A DNA stretch of 64,000 nt from a virus. Taxonomy: Duplodnaviria; Heunggongvirae; Uroviricota; Caudoviricetes. Below are positions 54,746 through 64,000 of the stretch, piece after piece. The stretch spans positions 1 through 64,000 of IMG/VR virus record IMGVR_UViG_3300001528_000017; one strand, given 5' to 3'. The notes beneath the pieces were generated by a model, which had not been told where the DNA came from, did not search any database, and worked only from the letters and a program-made list of their open reading frames with translations. The first letter of the stretch is position 1. Every line of letters starts with the position of its first letter. Both the position numbers and the translations under genes were made by a program.

Positions 54746-56821
54746 ATGGCAATAGAAAGATTTGTATGGAATAATGGTACGGAGAGTAATCCCGTACCAT
54801 TAACCACAGCAATGATGAACAAACTTATTGCTGCTGGTAAAAACAACGAGATTGAGACCTCAGTAAAAGGTTACTACAAAGACAGTAATGACAGAAGTGT
54901 TGTTAGGTCTATTGTGTGGAGTCTTGAGCAGCTATTCCCTGATTTGCACTTCCAAGGTGATGTGGCAAATGACAGGTTTAGCATTAGCACTAACTTCAAT
55001 GAAATCAAGGAGAATAACTACCTTGTAGTCAATGCAGCAGGTATCAATAGGGAATACCTGAAATTCAAGTGTGTTTTTGATGACGCTGCAATTGAGATTG
55101 ACCCCAATGACTCCCACCTTATCACAAAGGAGATTATCAAGAGCAGATTCAGATTCCAAGATGGAAACCTGATTATTGATGCTCCTGAAGAGAATGCTTC
55201 TTGGACATGTCAGTTTAAGATTAAGGCTTGTCCTGTTTATGAGGACATTGACACCACTGACAACTACAGGCTAACAGGACAAGATGCTGATGGTAATCCA
55301 ATCCCAGGAAACACTGGTGTGATTACAGCAAGGGCTATCAAGCTTGAAGGTGTTACTATTTCAGTACCAAGTGAAATGAGTATTAGGTCTAGTGTGTACA
55401 TTCAGAAAGCACCTATCCCTGCAACATCTACAAAGCTTGCACAGACAACCTATAGCTTTGCTGTCAATCCTACTACAGCAGGTAGCTTCAGTAAGTTCTC
55501 AGGAGAAGACCTCTTCACAGCAGGAGATTCAGCAGTAACTGCACAGATTGTGGCTACCCCAACACTGTTTGAGACTAACCTTCCTGTTAGTAATGTGGCT
55601 ACAATTGACATTTATAAGTCTAAGGCAACTACAATTAGGATTGACCAGAATGTAAGTGACCCTACTACTATGGTTATCAACCCTGAGGATTGTGGTAATA
55701 GAAACTCTGAGAACCCATCTAATGTGATTTACTGGATTAGAGCTAACTCACACTGCTATCTAGGCAAGTTCTATAATGAGTCTAGAGGTATGGAGATTAA
55801 GCAGCTATGGGATGAAGATAGAAACTACTTTGATGACAATGGAGAACAAGGTGCTCTAGCTAGGATTGATGGAACTCCTGACCCCAATGATGGCATCATT
55901 GCAGATGTATTCCTAAGACTGCCTGAGTTCTACTACAAGACAGTAAATGAGCTAAATGACCAAGACCAAGAGACAGGAGTTGTTGCTATCAGCTTTGCTA
56001 CTGGTAAGCTTGATGACTCTTATATCAGATGGGACCCCAACACACTTATTGGTGTATATGAAGGAACTATCATCAATGATGGTCAGTATGATAAGCTCTA
56101 TAGTATATCAGGAGCTACTCCAAAGAACAGCTACAGCCAAGCAAACTTCAAGCTTGCTGCTAGAAGAAGGAATGATATGACTTCTGTAACCCAATCTAAT
56201 AGGTTCAGTATTGTAAACTACCAAGCTCATGTGGTTATGGCATTGCTTTACTACTGCTATTGGGGTGGTGAATCAATGAACTGTCAGGCTCTTCTAGGTT
56301 CAGGTACTTCTTCTTATCCTAAGCAAACAGGTGGTACTGATGGTAGAGCAATGAGTGATACCGTAGCTAACTATGATGGTAGCATTGGTAGCATTAACTT
56401 CTGGGGATTAGAGAACTGGTGGGGAGACCTTGCTGAATGGGTAGAGGACCTTGAAACAGCTAATAGCACAGGTTTAGTAAACCTTCTAAACTACAATGGT
56501 GGTGTAACTAGGCAAATACAATCAGATGTAACCATGTTTAGTGGTTCACTTAAGTGTGTAACCAAGTATCTATTTGGGCAGTATGCTGACATGATACCAG
56601 AGAGTGTACAAACAGGTTCAAATAACTGGAATCTTAACTTCTGTGATGGGGCCTGTGTCGTTGCTGGGTCTGGCTATGTGGCTTATCGTGGTCATTATGG
56701 TTCTGATGCTATTGGTGGTGTTGGTTATCTGTTTTTGCATAGTCACGCTTCTGGTGCTTTTGCGATTGTTGGCTCTCGGTTGCTCTACAATGGTAAGGTG
56801 ACTGTGGTATCAGAACTATAA
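54746..56821 (+). CDS. receptor-binding / tail-fibre-like protein, DGR2 target (C-terminal CLec-like VR)
   Basis: VR at 56648-56785 inside the C-terminus (CDGACVVAGSGYVAYRGHYGSDAIGGVGYLF...). Confidence 0.65.
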   Translation: MAIERFVWNNGTESNPVPLTTAMMNKLIAAGKNNEIETSVKGYYKDSNDRSVVRSIVWSLEQLFPDLHFQGDVANDRFSISTNFNEIKENNYLVVNAAGINREYLKFKCVFDDAAIEIDPNDSHLITKEIIKSRFRFQDGNLIIDAPEENASWTCQFKIKACPVYEDIDTTDNYRLTGQDADGNPIPGNTGVITARAIKLEGVTISVPSEMSIRSSVYIQKAPIPATSTKLAQTTYSFAVNPTTAGSFSKFSGEDLFTAGDSAVTAQIVATPTLFETNLPVSNVATIDIYKSKATTIRIDQNVSDPTTMVINPEDCGNRNSENPSNVIYWIRANSHCYLGKFYNESRGMEIKQLWDEDRNYFDDNGEQGALARIDGTPDPNDGIIADVFLRLPEFYYKTVNELNDQDQETGVVAISFATGKLDDSYIRWDPNTLIGVYEGTIINDGQYDKLYSISGATPKNSYSQANFKLAARRRNDMTSVTQSNRFSIVNYQAHVVMALLYYCYWGGESMNCQALLGSGTSSYPKQTGGTDGRAMSDTVANYDGSIGSINFWGLENWWGDLAEWVEDLETANSTGLVNLLNYNGGVTRQIQSDVTMFSGSLKCVTKYLFGQYADMIPESVQTGSNNWNLNFCDGACVVAGSGYVAYRGHYGSDAIGGVGYLFLHSHASGAFAIVGSRLLYNGKVTVVSEL
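56648..56785 (+). repeat. DGR2 variable repeat (VR)
   Basis: About 138-bp near-repeat of 56906-57043 differing only at TR adenines. Confidence 0.8.
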
Positions 56822-56905
56822 AAATTTGAGTGTTAATTAACTAGATTGTTTAACAAAAAGGGTAGAGTAATCCAGTAGTAGAGCATTGTTTAGTTAGAAA
56901 CAAAA

Positions 56906-57043
56906 AGGGCCTATGTCAATACTAGGTCTAGCAATGTAGCTAATCGTAGTAATAATGGTTCTAATGCTAATAGTGGTGTTAGTTATCTGAATTTGAATAA
57001 TGACACTTCTAATACTAATGCGAATATTGGCTCTCAGTTACTG
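56906..57043 (+). repeat. DGR2 template repeat (TR)
   Basis: Adenine-rich copy of the VR, for example TR tagcAatgtAgctAatcgtAgtAatAatgg versus VR tggcTatgtGgctTatcgtGgtCatTatgg. Confidence 0.8.
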
Positions 57044-57212
57044 CTGTTGATTAAGGATTATTTATTGTGTAACTGATTTACTCTACCTCACCTCTTGGTG
57101 AAAAATAAAGAATGGGTTATTAAGCATAGCAGGTGATAAAGTATGTACTTCCTAGTTCCTAGGGGGTACATACTGAAATCACTGAGGTGACTAAAGCCGT
57201 TAAATCAACAGG

Positions 57213-58457
57213 ATGAAGATATATAAACACCTGTCTGAGAAAATCCTAACTATTGAGAATTTTAGAACAGCGTATAAGAATGCTACAAAAGGTAAAAGAC
57301 ACTATGAAGAAGTAAAAGAAATAGACAAAGACCCTGAAACATACCTACAGAACCTGCTTGAGGAAGTACAAAGTGGACGATATAGAGTATCTGAGTACAC
57401 TATATTCCAGTTATATACTGGACTAAAGTGGAGAGAAATCTACAAGCTGCCTATGAAGGACAGGATAGTACAACATGCTATAATGAACTATTGTGAGCCT
57501 ATATTTAGGGAAAGCTTCATCATGGACACTTATTCCTCAATCAAGACTAGAGGCATACACTTAGGGCTGAAAAGAGTAAAGGCTGCTCTGAGAGATAAGG
57601 AATATCTTTATTGTCTGAAGCTTGATATACACAAATGTTATCCATCCTTAGACAAAGAGATACTCAAGCAGAAGCTAAATAGAAAGTTCAATGACAAGAC
57701 CTTACAATGGCTGTTTGGAGTAATCATAGACAGCTGTGAGAAGGGGGTTCCTATTGGTAACTATACTTCTCAGTACTTCAATAACTTCTACTTCAGTGGA
57801 TTTGACCACTGGATTAAAGAGGTGAAGAGAGTAAAACATTACTTCAGATATTGTGATGATATAGTCATCCTAGGAAGAACCAAAGAAGAATTGCATGAAT
57901 TACTGAAGGAGATTAAGGTACAAATGGCAGAATTACATGTAGAACTCAAGAGTAACTATCAAGTATTCTCCATTGCAGACAGAGGTATAGACTTCCTAGG
58001 CTATATTACTAGAAGGAGTCACATTGCAATAAGGAAGCATATCAAGCTCAACTTCATTGACAAGATAACCTCTATGGACTTCAATGACATAACAGACAAA
58101 GACCTTAATATTCTAGGCTCCTATTGGGGAATCCTATCCCATGCAGATTGCAGACACCTATGGCAGAAATACACAGGTACACACTCTTTTGCAGAATTTA
58201 AGAAGACTTATCACCCTGAATGTTCAGCAGCTAAGATACTAAAGAAGGCTATCACGATTTACGAAGCCAAGGTAGCTTTCAATAAGAAGGTAACTAAGTT
58301 GCACATAAGAGCAAGATTAGACGGTAAACTTATAGTTATACATACCACAAGCAAGCTACTTATTCAGTCTGTAATACAGAGAGGAGTAAGCAAAGAGCCG
58401 TGGAATACCACTATAATTAAAAGCCAAAGAGGATACTATATATTCACTCAAACATAA
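57213..58457 (+). CDS. DGR reverse transcriptase (DGR2)
   Basis: YCDDIVIL catalytic motif and DGR-type PIGNYTSQ motif. Confidence 0.8.
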   Translation: MKIYKHLSEKILTIENFRTAYKNATKGKRHYEEVKEIDKDPETYLQNLLEEVQSGRYRVSEYTIFQLYTGLKWREIYKLPMKDRIVQHAIMNYCEPIFRESFIMDTYSSIKTRGIHLGLKRVKAALRDKEYLYCLKLDIHKCYPSLDKEILKQKLNRKFNDKTLQWLFGVIIDSCEKGVPIGNYTSQYFNNFYFSGFDHWIKEVKRVKHYFRYCDDIVILGRTKEELHELLKEIKVQMAELHVELKSNYQVFSIADRGIDFLGYITRRSHIAIRKHIKLNFIDKITSMDFNDITDKDLNILGSYWGILSHADCRHLWQKYTGTHSFAEFKKTYHPECSAAKILKKAITIYEAKVAFNKKVTKLHIRARLDGKLIVIHTTSKLLIQSVIQRGVSKEPWNTTIIKSQRGYYIFTQT

Positions 58458-58462
58458 ACAAT

Positions 58463-59023
58463 ATGAACTGGTTAAAAGTTAATAAAGACGAATTTGAGAA
58501 AGTACAGAGTATTAACCCAAAGAAGGGTATCTACTTAATCAATCTTTCTCCAAGACCTTATTCACCAATTGAGAATGAAGAGGAAGGCGTTGATACACAA
58601 GTCTTCTCCATCAAGGTGGATAAAATGCCTAATACAGTCGAGCTAAAACAACTCCTTCTAGACCTGCAAGCTGCTTATGACAAGGGGGAAGAGGTGAACA
58701 CCTTCAACTTAGGAGAGCAGAAGTGCTGGTTAGATAAAGAGACAAGAGTGGGACTCATCAATAGCATTACTATTCAGAAGGACAGTGGTGTAGAGGTAAC
58801 TACTCTATGGCTCAATGGAGAGCCTTATAAGGTAAGTGTTGACTATGCTTTAGAGTTCCTAAGAGGTCTAGAGCTTTATGCTGTTGACTGCTACAATGTA
58901 ACTCAGTCTCACATTGCTGAGATAAAAGCTATCTCAGGCAGGGAAGGACTCTTTGAATATGATGTTACTAAGGGTTATCCTGAGGTATTATCATTCAATA
59001 TGGAAGAAGTTATAGAAATTTAA
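58463..59023 (+). CDS. hypothetical protein
   Basis: 186-aa ORF directly after the RT. Confidence 0.4.
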   Translation: MNWLKVNKDEFEKVQSINPKKGIYLINLSPRPYSPIENEEEGVDTQVFSIKVDKMPNTVELKQLLLDLQAAYDKGEEVNTFNLGEQKCWLDKETRVGLINSITIQKDSGVEVTTLWLNGEPYKVSVDYALEFLRGLELYAVDCYNVTQSHIAEIKAISGREGLFEYDVTKGYPEVLSFNMEEVIEI

Positions 59024-59055
59024 CTCAAAATATTTGCTAATGTCAAAATAATTTC

Positions 59056-59067
59056 TTAACTTTGCAC
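59056..59067 (+). promoter_or_regulatory. Bacteroidetes-type promoter (TTAACTTTGCAC)
   Basis: Motif about 25 nt upstream of mini-ORF ATG 59088. Confidence 0.45.
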
Positions 59068-59087
59068 CCGATTAAACTAAAAACACT

Positions 59088-59207
59088 ATGGCAACAAGTA
59101 AGAAATCATCAAGTTCAAGAAGGCCCAAGCCTATGGTACCAAAGACAGCCCTAAAGCCAACTGGTAAGGGTGGAGGTAGATATAGCTGCGGAGGCAAGCT
59201 TAAGTAA
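59088..59207 (+). CDS. small basic protein (39 aa)
   Basis: MATSKKSSSSRRPKPMVPKTALKPTGKGGGRYSCGGKLK, immediately downstream of the promoter motif. Confidence 0.3.
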   Translation: MATSKKSSSSRRPKPMVPKTALKPTGKGGGRYSCGGKLK

Positions 59208-59604
59208 ACCATTATATAAGATAGAGTTGTACTTGCTAAAAGTGATACCAATGATTATGGCAGCACTATGTTTAGCAAATACGACTCTATTTTATTTTGG
59301 TATAGATGCTACTATACTGACTTACATGGGAGGAGTTTCCTTTCTTACTTTAGGCTTCTTATACCTGTCTTCCTATGTATTCAGGTTTTGTGCTTATCAT
59401 AGAATGTTCCTACATTATATAGTAGTGGTGAATGTGCTGAGTTATATAGATATGAATTGGGGGATACCAATATCAGACTTTGACCTATTCATACTATACA
59501 CTAGCATAGCTCTTGTATTTATGTTCTTTATTATTTATATGAAGGTGAAACATGAACAACTTCTTAAGAAAGTATGCAGCCAAGATACTAAGAGAAGCTG
59601 CTGA
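59170..59604 (+). CDS. multi-TM membrane protein
   Basis: 144-aa ORF with four hydrophobic helices. True start may be internal. Confidence 0.35.
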   Translation: MEVDIAAEASLSKPLYKIELYLLKVIPMIMAALCLANTTLFYFGIDATILTYMGGVSFLTLGFLYLSSYVFRFCAYHRMFLHYIVVVNVLSYIDMNWGIPISDFDLFILYTSIALVFMFFIIYMKVKHEQLLKKVCSQDTKRSC

Positions 59605-59836
59605 TAAAATAGATGCAGGCACTTGTGAACTGGATGAAGACCAAGTTATGGATATTGCATCTGCTATTGGTCATCAAGTGTTAAGCAAGGACGAGGCTTG
59701 TAGTTACCTTAACCTCGCAAGGAGTAGATTTGATGATTTAGTCAGAGAAGGAAAGATACCTAAAGGCAGAAAAAGACGAGGCTTTAAGGAACTAATTTGG
59801 TATAAGGATGAACTGACTGAGGTTCTTCGGCATTAA
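59552..59836 (+). CDS. HTH DNA-binding protein (Xis/AlpA-like HTH_17)
   Basis: ACSYLNLARSRFDDLVREGKIPKG matches the excisionase-type helix-turn-helix pattern. Confidence 0.45.
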   Translation: MNNFLRKYAAKILREAADKIDAGTCELDEDQVMDIASAIGHQVLSKDEACSYLNLARSRFDDLVREGKIPKGRKRRGFKELIWYKDELTEVLRH

Positions 59837-59842
59837 ATAAAT

Positions 59843-59874
59843 CCCCTAACTAGTTGATAGTTAGGGGATTTTTG
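59843..59874 (+). terminator. rho-independent terminator
   Basis: 9-bp stem CCCCTAACT...AGTTAGGGG followed by ATTTTTGTG. Confidence 0.7.
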
Positions 59875-59904
59875 TGTTACATCGGCATTGTTTCATAAGC
59901 TGCA

Positions 59905-59916
59905 AATTTCATCGTA
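59905..59916 (+). promoter_or_regulatory. Bacteroidetes-type promoter (GTAACTTTGCAC)
   Basis: Motif upstream of gene 59990. Confidence 0.45.
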
Positions 59917-59989
59917 ACTTTGCACCGTCAATTGACAAGAATAGTACTATAAAAATTAACCTTAAAAACAACTAACAAATCTAACAACT

Positions 59990-60892
59990 ATGGACGACAG
60001 CAAAGTTTTTATGTTCCCAGATGGAGCTAAGAGTAGCAGTAGCATTGACCCTGCTCTTCTGATGGCTTTACAGAACAATGGTGGCTTTGGAGGCAATGGA
60101 TGGTACTGGATTATCTTCCTATGGATGATGTGGCAACAGAATGGTGGAAGAGGTAACTTCAATGATTATGTTGCACAGGCAGGTAATGAGGGTAGGCAGT
60201 ATCTTGCTGAGATTATGAATGGTAGATTCGACAACCTAAACACTCTTGCACAGATTGTAAACACTGGCGTAGAGACAGTCAAGAATGGTATCTTTGCCCT
60301 TCAGACTTCAATACAGCAAGTAGGTGCTCAGGTAGGTATGTCTGCACTTGAGACTCAGAACGCTATTGCTTTAGGTAATGCTGCTCTTGCAAAGCAACTT
60401 TGTGAGTGCTGCTGCGAGAATAGGCTAGCTATTGCTAACCAGACAGCTGCTCTACAAAGCACAATTGCAGCACATGATGCAAGTGTAAGACTACAGCTTG
60501 CTCAGAATGAGGCAGCAGACCAACTTAGTGTTTGTCAGCAAACTAACCAACTAGGTTCACAGGCTGATAGGAATACTAACAATATCCTTAATGCAATTGC
60601 TGCACAAAACACCCTTATCACTAAGGAGTTCTGTGACCTGAAGGAAAGAGAGCTTCAGAACAAGATTGACACTCAGGGTGATATTATCACTCAACTAAGA
60701 GGTCAGATTAGCAATGACAAGCAGACTGAGGCATTCAATGCTGCTTTCAATGCCCTAAATGAGAAGTTGAACCTAGTTGCTGCAAAGCAACCTAACACTG
60801 TTCCAGTGCAATACCCTAACATTGTAGCTGCAAATGCTACCCCTTGGGTGGGAGGTTATGGTTTTTACCAACAGAGTAACTTCTGGAACTAA
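59990..60892 (+). CDS. Q/A-rich repetitive protein with N-terminal TM segment
   Basis: 300 aa, WYWIIFLWMMW helix then low-complexity Q/A/N-rich coiled region. Confidence 0.4.
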   Translation: MDDSKVFMFPDGAKSSSSIDPALLMALQNNGGFGGNGWYWIIFLWMMWQQNGGRGNFNDYVAQAGNEGRQYLAEIMNGRFDNLNTLAQIVNTGVETVKNGIFALQTSIQQVGAQVGMSALETQNAIALGNAALAKQLCECCCENRLAIANQTAALQSTIAAHDASVRLQLAQNEAADQLSVCQQTNQLGSQADRNTNNILNAIAAQNTLITKEFCDLKERELQNKIDTQGDIITQLRGQISNDKQTEAFNAAFNALNEKLNLVAAKQPNTVPVQYPNIVAANATPWVGGYGFYQQSNFWN

Positions 60893-60911
60893 TTAAGAAA
60901 GGAGGTAGATT

Positions 60912-61262
60912 ATGCCATTCGGTACTACTAATTTTCCTAGTAACTTCTCTAATCTGAGAGGTATCCCTATGATTGCTTCTATTTCTGTAGAAGTAACTAC
61001 AGATAATGTAGTAATAGGAGTTCCAAGGAGAGCGTTTAGGGGATTAGCAGATAGTGGTATATTCGCATTCAGACTTACACAAGAGATACCTGCTGGTGGA
61101 GCAGCTCTCCCAGTAGTATTCAGTTCTAATGAGTTCCTACAGACATTAACTGTTGTAGGAGGTACTGCTGCTACAGGTGCTCAAATTACACCTGCTGGTA
61201 TCTATCTTGTGTGGTATGACAAGTGTGCAAGCACCATGCAATTACTAACTCCTGCACCCTAA
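60912..61262 (+). CDS. hypothetical protein
   Basis: 116-aa ORF. Confidence 0.35.
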   Translation: MPFGTTNFPSNFSNLRGIPMIASISVEVTTDNVVIGVPRRAFRGLADSGIFAFRLTQEIPAGGAALPVVFSSNEFLQTLTVVGGTAATGAQITPAGIYLVWYDKCASTMQLLTPAP

Positions 61263-61287
61263 TTATTAACACTAAAATTGTTTAACT

Positions 61288-61782
61288 ATGTTTTCAAACT
61301 TAAGTCAAAATAGCATATTGTATATCTTGGATTTACAGAGTAAGCCTAAGATATTAAGTGGTCCTGTAGAGAGAGTATCTGTACCAAGACCTAAGTATAA
61401 CACCTTCAATCCTAATATGGAAATGATAGTGGATATAGTTGCTACTATCAACGGTGAAAGGAGAGAATTTAAGGGTGTACCTAATGGCTCCCTAGCTAAC
61501 TTTGGCGAGAATGCCTTTGTAATAGCTGAGAGCAAGGATGTCCTTAACTCCTATATGAACTCTATGTTACAGAACAGTAGAAGTATTGTCAATAGTATAG
61601 AGAAACATCAGAAGTTAATTACAGATTACGAAGAAGCAATTCAAGAACTAAATCCAGACATAAAAGCAAGTAGGGAAAGTGACAAGGCTATACAAACTCT
61701 TCAGGACCAAGTTGAGACTCTACAGAAGAGTATGCAACAGATGCTTGCTATTATGACCAAGAATGAAGCACCTAAAATCTAA
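61288..61782 (+). CDS. hypothetical protein
   Basis: 164-aa ORF. Confidence 0.35.
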   Translation: MFSNLSQNSILYILDLQSKPKILSGPVERVSVPRPKYNTFNPNMEMIVDIVATINGERREFKGVPNGSLANFGENAFVIAESKDVLNSYMNSMLQNSRSIVNSIEKHQKLITDYEEAIQELNPDIKASRESDKAIQTLQDQVETLQKSMQQMLAIMTKNEAPKI

Positions 61783-62005
61783 TGTTATGGTTATTTTATC
61801 ATTTAAGACAAGGAAAGACAAGGAGCACCTTCTTGAGAAAGCTAAGAAGATGGAGGAATATGCCTCTATGATTGTTGACTGCATTGAGGAGTCAAAGGAA
61901 TATGAGGAAGACTACTCTGAAAGAGCTTACAGACATGACCATGAAGAGCCTGACTATGATGAAAGATTCAATGGTAGGTATGGTTATAGAAGGAGAATGA
62001 GGTAA
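61763..62005 (+). CDS. hypothetical small protein
   Basis: 80-aa ORF. Confidence 0.3.
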   Translation: MKHLKSNVMVILSFKTRKDKEHLLEKAKKMEEYASMIVDCIEESKEYEEDYSERAYRHDHEEPDYDERFNGRYGYRRRMR

Positions 62006-62018
62006 ACCTTTTTGAGGA

Positions 62019-62483
62019 GTGAGGGGTATTTACTCCTTGCTCCTTTTTCTTTTAATTACTAATACTATGAAAAGAGCAAACTTAACACAATATGAAGAGT
62101 ACCCAAAGCCTATGCTTATCTATATGAGGAACTATGGTCCTCACTTCAACAGGAAACTATTTGAGTTTGCTGTGAGCCTAATGACAAGAGAGGTAGATGG
62201 GGAAGAGAGAAAGATAATACCCTATAGCAAGGAGGAAGTAGATAACATGCTCAAGCTACAAGGAGTTAAGGTTGAAAGGAATCAGCTGTATGATGCTGCC
62301 TATGTAGCTAATATGGGTAAGGCTGACTTCCTAGGTTCAAGCATCCCTGATGAATACCACCTTGCATTATACATCAAGGATGTAATAGATGATATAGATG
62401 CTGACGACGGAATTGTTTTTAATAGGTGGTATGCTGATATGTCATACTCAGGTATTGCTATTGACTGGGAAGCTATGCTATGA
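62019..62483 (+). CDS. hypothetical protein
   Basis: 154-aa ORF. Confidence 0.35.
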   Translation: MRGIYSLLLFLLITNTMKRANLTQYEEYPKPMLIYMRNYGPHFNRKLFEFAVSLMTREVDGEERKIIPYSKEEVDNMLKLQGVKVERNQLYDAAYVANMGKADFLGSSIPDEYHLALYIKDVIDDIDADDGIVFNRWYADMSYSGIAIDWEAML

Positions 62484-62797
62484 TTAGACAAGACATTGAT
62501 GTAGAAGGCTATTGGAAAGTCATAGTAATCTATGATGCTCCCTTAGGCAATAGAAAAGATGTAGGCTTTACCTACACTGACTCTAAGAAAAGGACTAGCA
62601 TTGTGGGTATAGCAGCTACATCAAGTCAAGAGCAATTCCTAAATACTTTAGTGCATGAAGCAAAACATGTACAGTCCCATATATGTGCATACTATAATGT
62701 ACCAGAGGATGGTGAGCAGGCTGCTTATTTAATAGGCTACCTGATTCAGAAGATGCACAGAGTGTTTACAAACTTAATAGAGAGAGGTGCCTATTAG
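62480..62797 (+). CDS. small HExxH metallopeptidase-like protein
   Basis: LVHEAKHVQSH motif, ATGA overlap with the upstream gene. Confidence 0.35.
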   Translation: MIRQDIDVEGYWKVIVIYDAPLGNRKDVGFTYTDSKKRTSIVGIAATSSQEQFLNTLVHEAKHVQSHICAYYNVPEDGEQAAYLIGYLIQKMHRVFTNLIERGAY

Positions 62798-62870
62798 CCA
62801 TACACTTACTCTATTTATATGCAACCCTTAAGGATTTTACTTAGAGGGTTGCATATTTCGTTTATAATGA

Positions 62871-62882
62871 TTACCTTTGCAC
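62871..62882 (+). promoter_or_regulatory. Bacteroidetes-type promoter (TTACCTTTGCAC)
   Basis: Motif about 18 nt upstream of ATG 62897. Shows that the ORF-track start 62819 is too early. Confidence 0.45.
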
Positions 62883-62896
62883 AAAAATTAGGTACA

Positions 62897-63508
62897 ATGA
62901 AGAAGTATTTGTATATTGCACTAGTGAGTATTGCTGTATTCATTGGTGGGCTACTACTATACCAAAGAGTGATGCTTGAGAAATATAGGAATCTATATGA
63001 GAAGGAACTTCAGAATGTGGAAGCCTATAGAGCTAGCAACTCAGGTCTAGAAGGTGAAATCAGGGAGTACAAGATGACTATGGATGACCTAAGAGCAAGC
63101 AGAGACTCTATAGATATTAGGTTAGCAGAGGTAGTTGATGAGCTGAAGATTAAGGATAAGAAGATAGAATACCTCCAATACCAAGTGAAGGTAGCACATA
63201 AGACTGATACTATTCAGATGCCAGATACTATCTTTGTTCCAGAGGCTCATGTAGATACTCTCATAGGAGACAAGTGGTATAACCTGAGATTAAGACTTGA
63301 CTATCCATCAACTATAGTAGCTTCCCCTACTTTTAATAGTGAGCAATATGTTGTGATAAACAGCAAGAAGGAATACAATAAGAAACCTTCAAAGATATTT
63401 TTCATTAGGTGGTTCCAAAAGAAGCACACTGTGGTGGAAGTTAATGTGGAAGAGAAGAGTCCTTATATAACAAACAAGGAAAATAAATTCATAAAAATCT
63501 TAAAGTAA
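62897..63508 (+). CDS. membrane-anchored coiled-coil protein (spanin/holin-associated candidate)
   Basis: N-terminal TM KKYLYIALVSIAVFIGGLLLY then a long coiled coil. Confidence 0.4.
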   Translation: MKKYLYIALVSIAVFIGGLLLYQRVMLEKYRNLYEKELQNVEAYRASNSGLEGEIREYKMTMDDLRASRDSIDIRLAEVVDELKIKDKKIEYLQYQVKVAHKTDTIQMPDTIFVPEAHVDTLIGDKWYNLRLRLDYPSTIVASPTFNSEQYVVINSKKEYNKKPSKIFFIRWFQKKHTVVEVNVEEKSPYITNKENKFIKILK

Positions 63509-63870
63509 TGGGTGAGGAATTAGTTACTCAAGGATTGGACATCCAAGTTATTGTCACTGGCGTAGTAGGACTCATAACCACAGTAACTAGTGGTTGGGTA
63601 TCATGGCTATTTGCTAAGAAGAAGTACAATGCAGAGGTTGATACCAATCTAATAGAAAATATGCAGAAGTCCCTAGACTTCTACATGAAGTTATCTGATG
63701 ATAATAAAGCTAGACTTGATGAAGCTTTGAAGAGAAATGATGTTCTCGAAGATGAAGTCAGAGACCTTAGGAAGCAGATGTTCGAGTTAATGAATAACAT
63801 TTGCTATGATATGACCTGTGAACTAAGGTCAAGAAAGCCAAAAAGGATTATAACAAAAGCAAAAAAGTGA
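63508..63870 (+). CDS. TM plus coiled-coil protein (holin-like)
   Basis: TM segment VIVTGVVGLITTVTSGWVSWLFA. TAATG overlap with the upstream gene. Confidence 0.4.
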   Translation: MGEELVTQGLDIQVIVTGVVGLITTVTSGWVSWLFAKKKYNAEVDTNLIENMQKSLDFYMKLSDDNKARLDEALKRNDVLEDEVRDLRKQMFELMNNICYDMTCELRSRKPKRIITKAKK

Positions 63871-63875
63871 GTGCG

Positions 63876-64000
63876 ATGGTACTAAAGAATGGAAGTAAAG
63901 GAGCTGAAGTCAAGGAACTACAAGGACTATTACATATTCTTCAAGATGGAGTATTTGGTCCTATAACAGAAGAAGCAGTAATAGAGTTCCAAAAGGCAAA
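63876..64000 (+). CDS. endolysin N-terminus with PG-binding domain (truncated by window end)
   Basis: GAEVKELQGLLHILQDGVFGPITEEAVIEFQKA matches the peptidoglycan-binding domain pattern. Confidence 0.5.
   Translation, partial: MVLKNGSKGAEVKELQGLLHILQDGVFGPITEEAVIEFQKA

Overview
Low-GC phage genome segment (about 36% GC) with two oppositely transcribed arms, crAss-like / Bacteroidales-phage-like in organisation. 

- **Left arm (1-24.9 kb, minus strand):** replication and nucleotide-metabolism module (family A DNA polymerase, primase, DnaB-like and SF2 helicases, dUTPase, UDG, anaerobic RNR nrdD/nrdG with an HNH-endonuclease insertion splitting nrdD, nucleases, a GHKL/Hsp90-like ATPase, a HicA-like protein, a retropepsin-like protease, a radical-SAM gene with an in-frame TAG) and a lysis-like cassette (FlgJ-type glucosaminidase, membrane proteins, SPFH lipoprotein). 
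- **Centre (24.9-39.5 kb):** unusually RNA-gene-dense. On the minus strand there is an array of aberrant tRNA-like elements with 35-50 nt internal insertions sharing a conserved motif, including one circularly permuted, Y-RNA-like element. This array lies directly downstream of a TROVE/vWA (Ro60/Rsr-like) protein gene. The same strand carries a tmRNA and four standard tRNAs. A diversity-generating retroelement (DGR1: RT, TR, VR) targets an orphan C-lectin-like protein. A >55% GC island sits next to it. A plus-strand operon of about 22 tRNAs is driven by a Bacteroidetes-type TAnnTTTG promoter and interleaved with mini-ORFs, including a ferredoxin-thioredoxin-reductase-like CPC/CPC/CHC mini-protein. 
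- **Right arm (39.6-64 kb, plus strand):** late genes (GroES-like, terminase large subunit, portal, fibre-like proteins, a 1589-aa giant protein, and a 691-aa receptor-binding-like protein whose C-terminus is the VR of a second DGR with its own RT), then small proteins, an Xis-like HTH, and a holin/spanin-like plus PG-binding endolysin cassette truncated at the window end. 

Coordinates I derived by hand (tRNAs, motifs) may be off by 1-2 nt.
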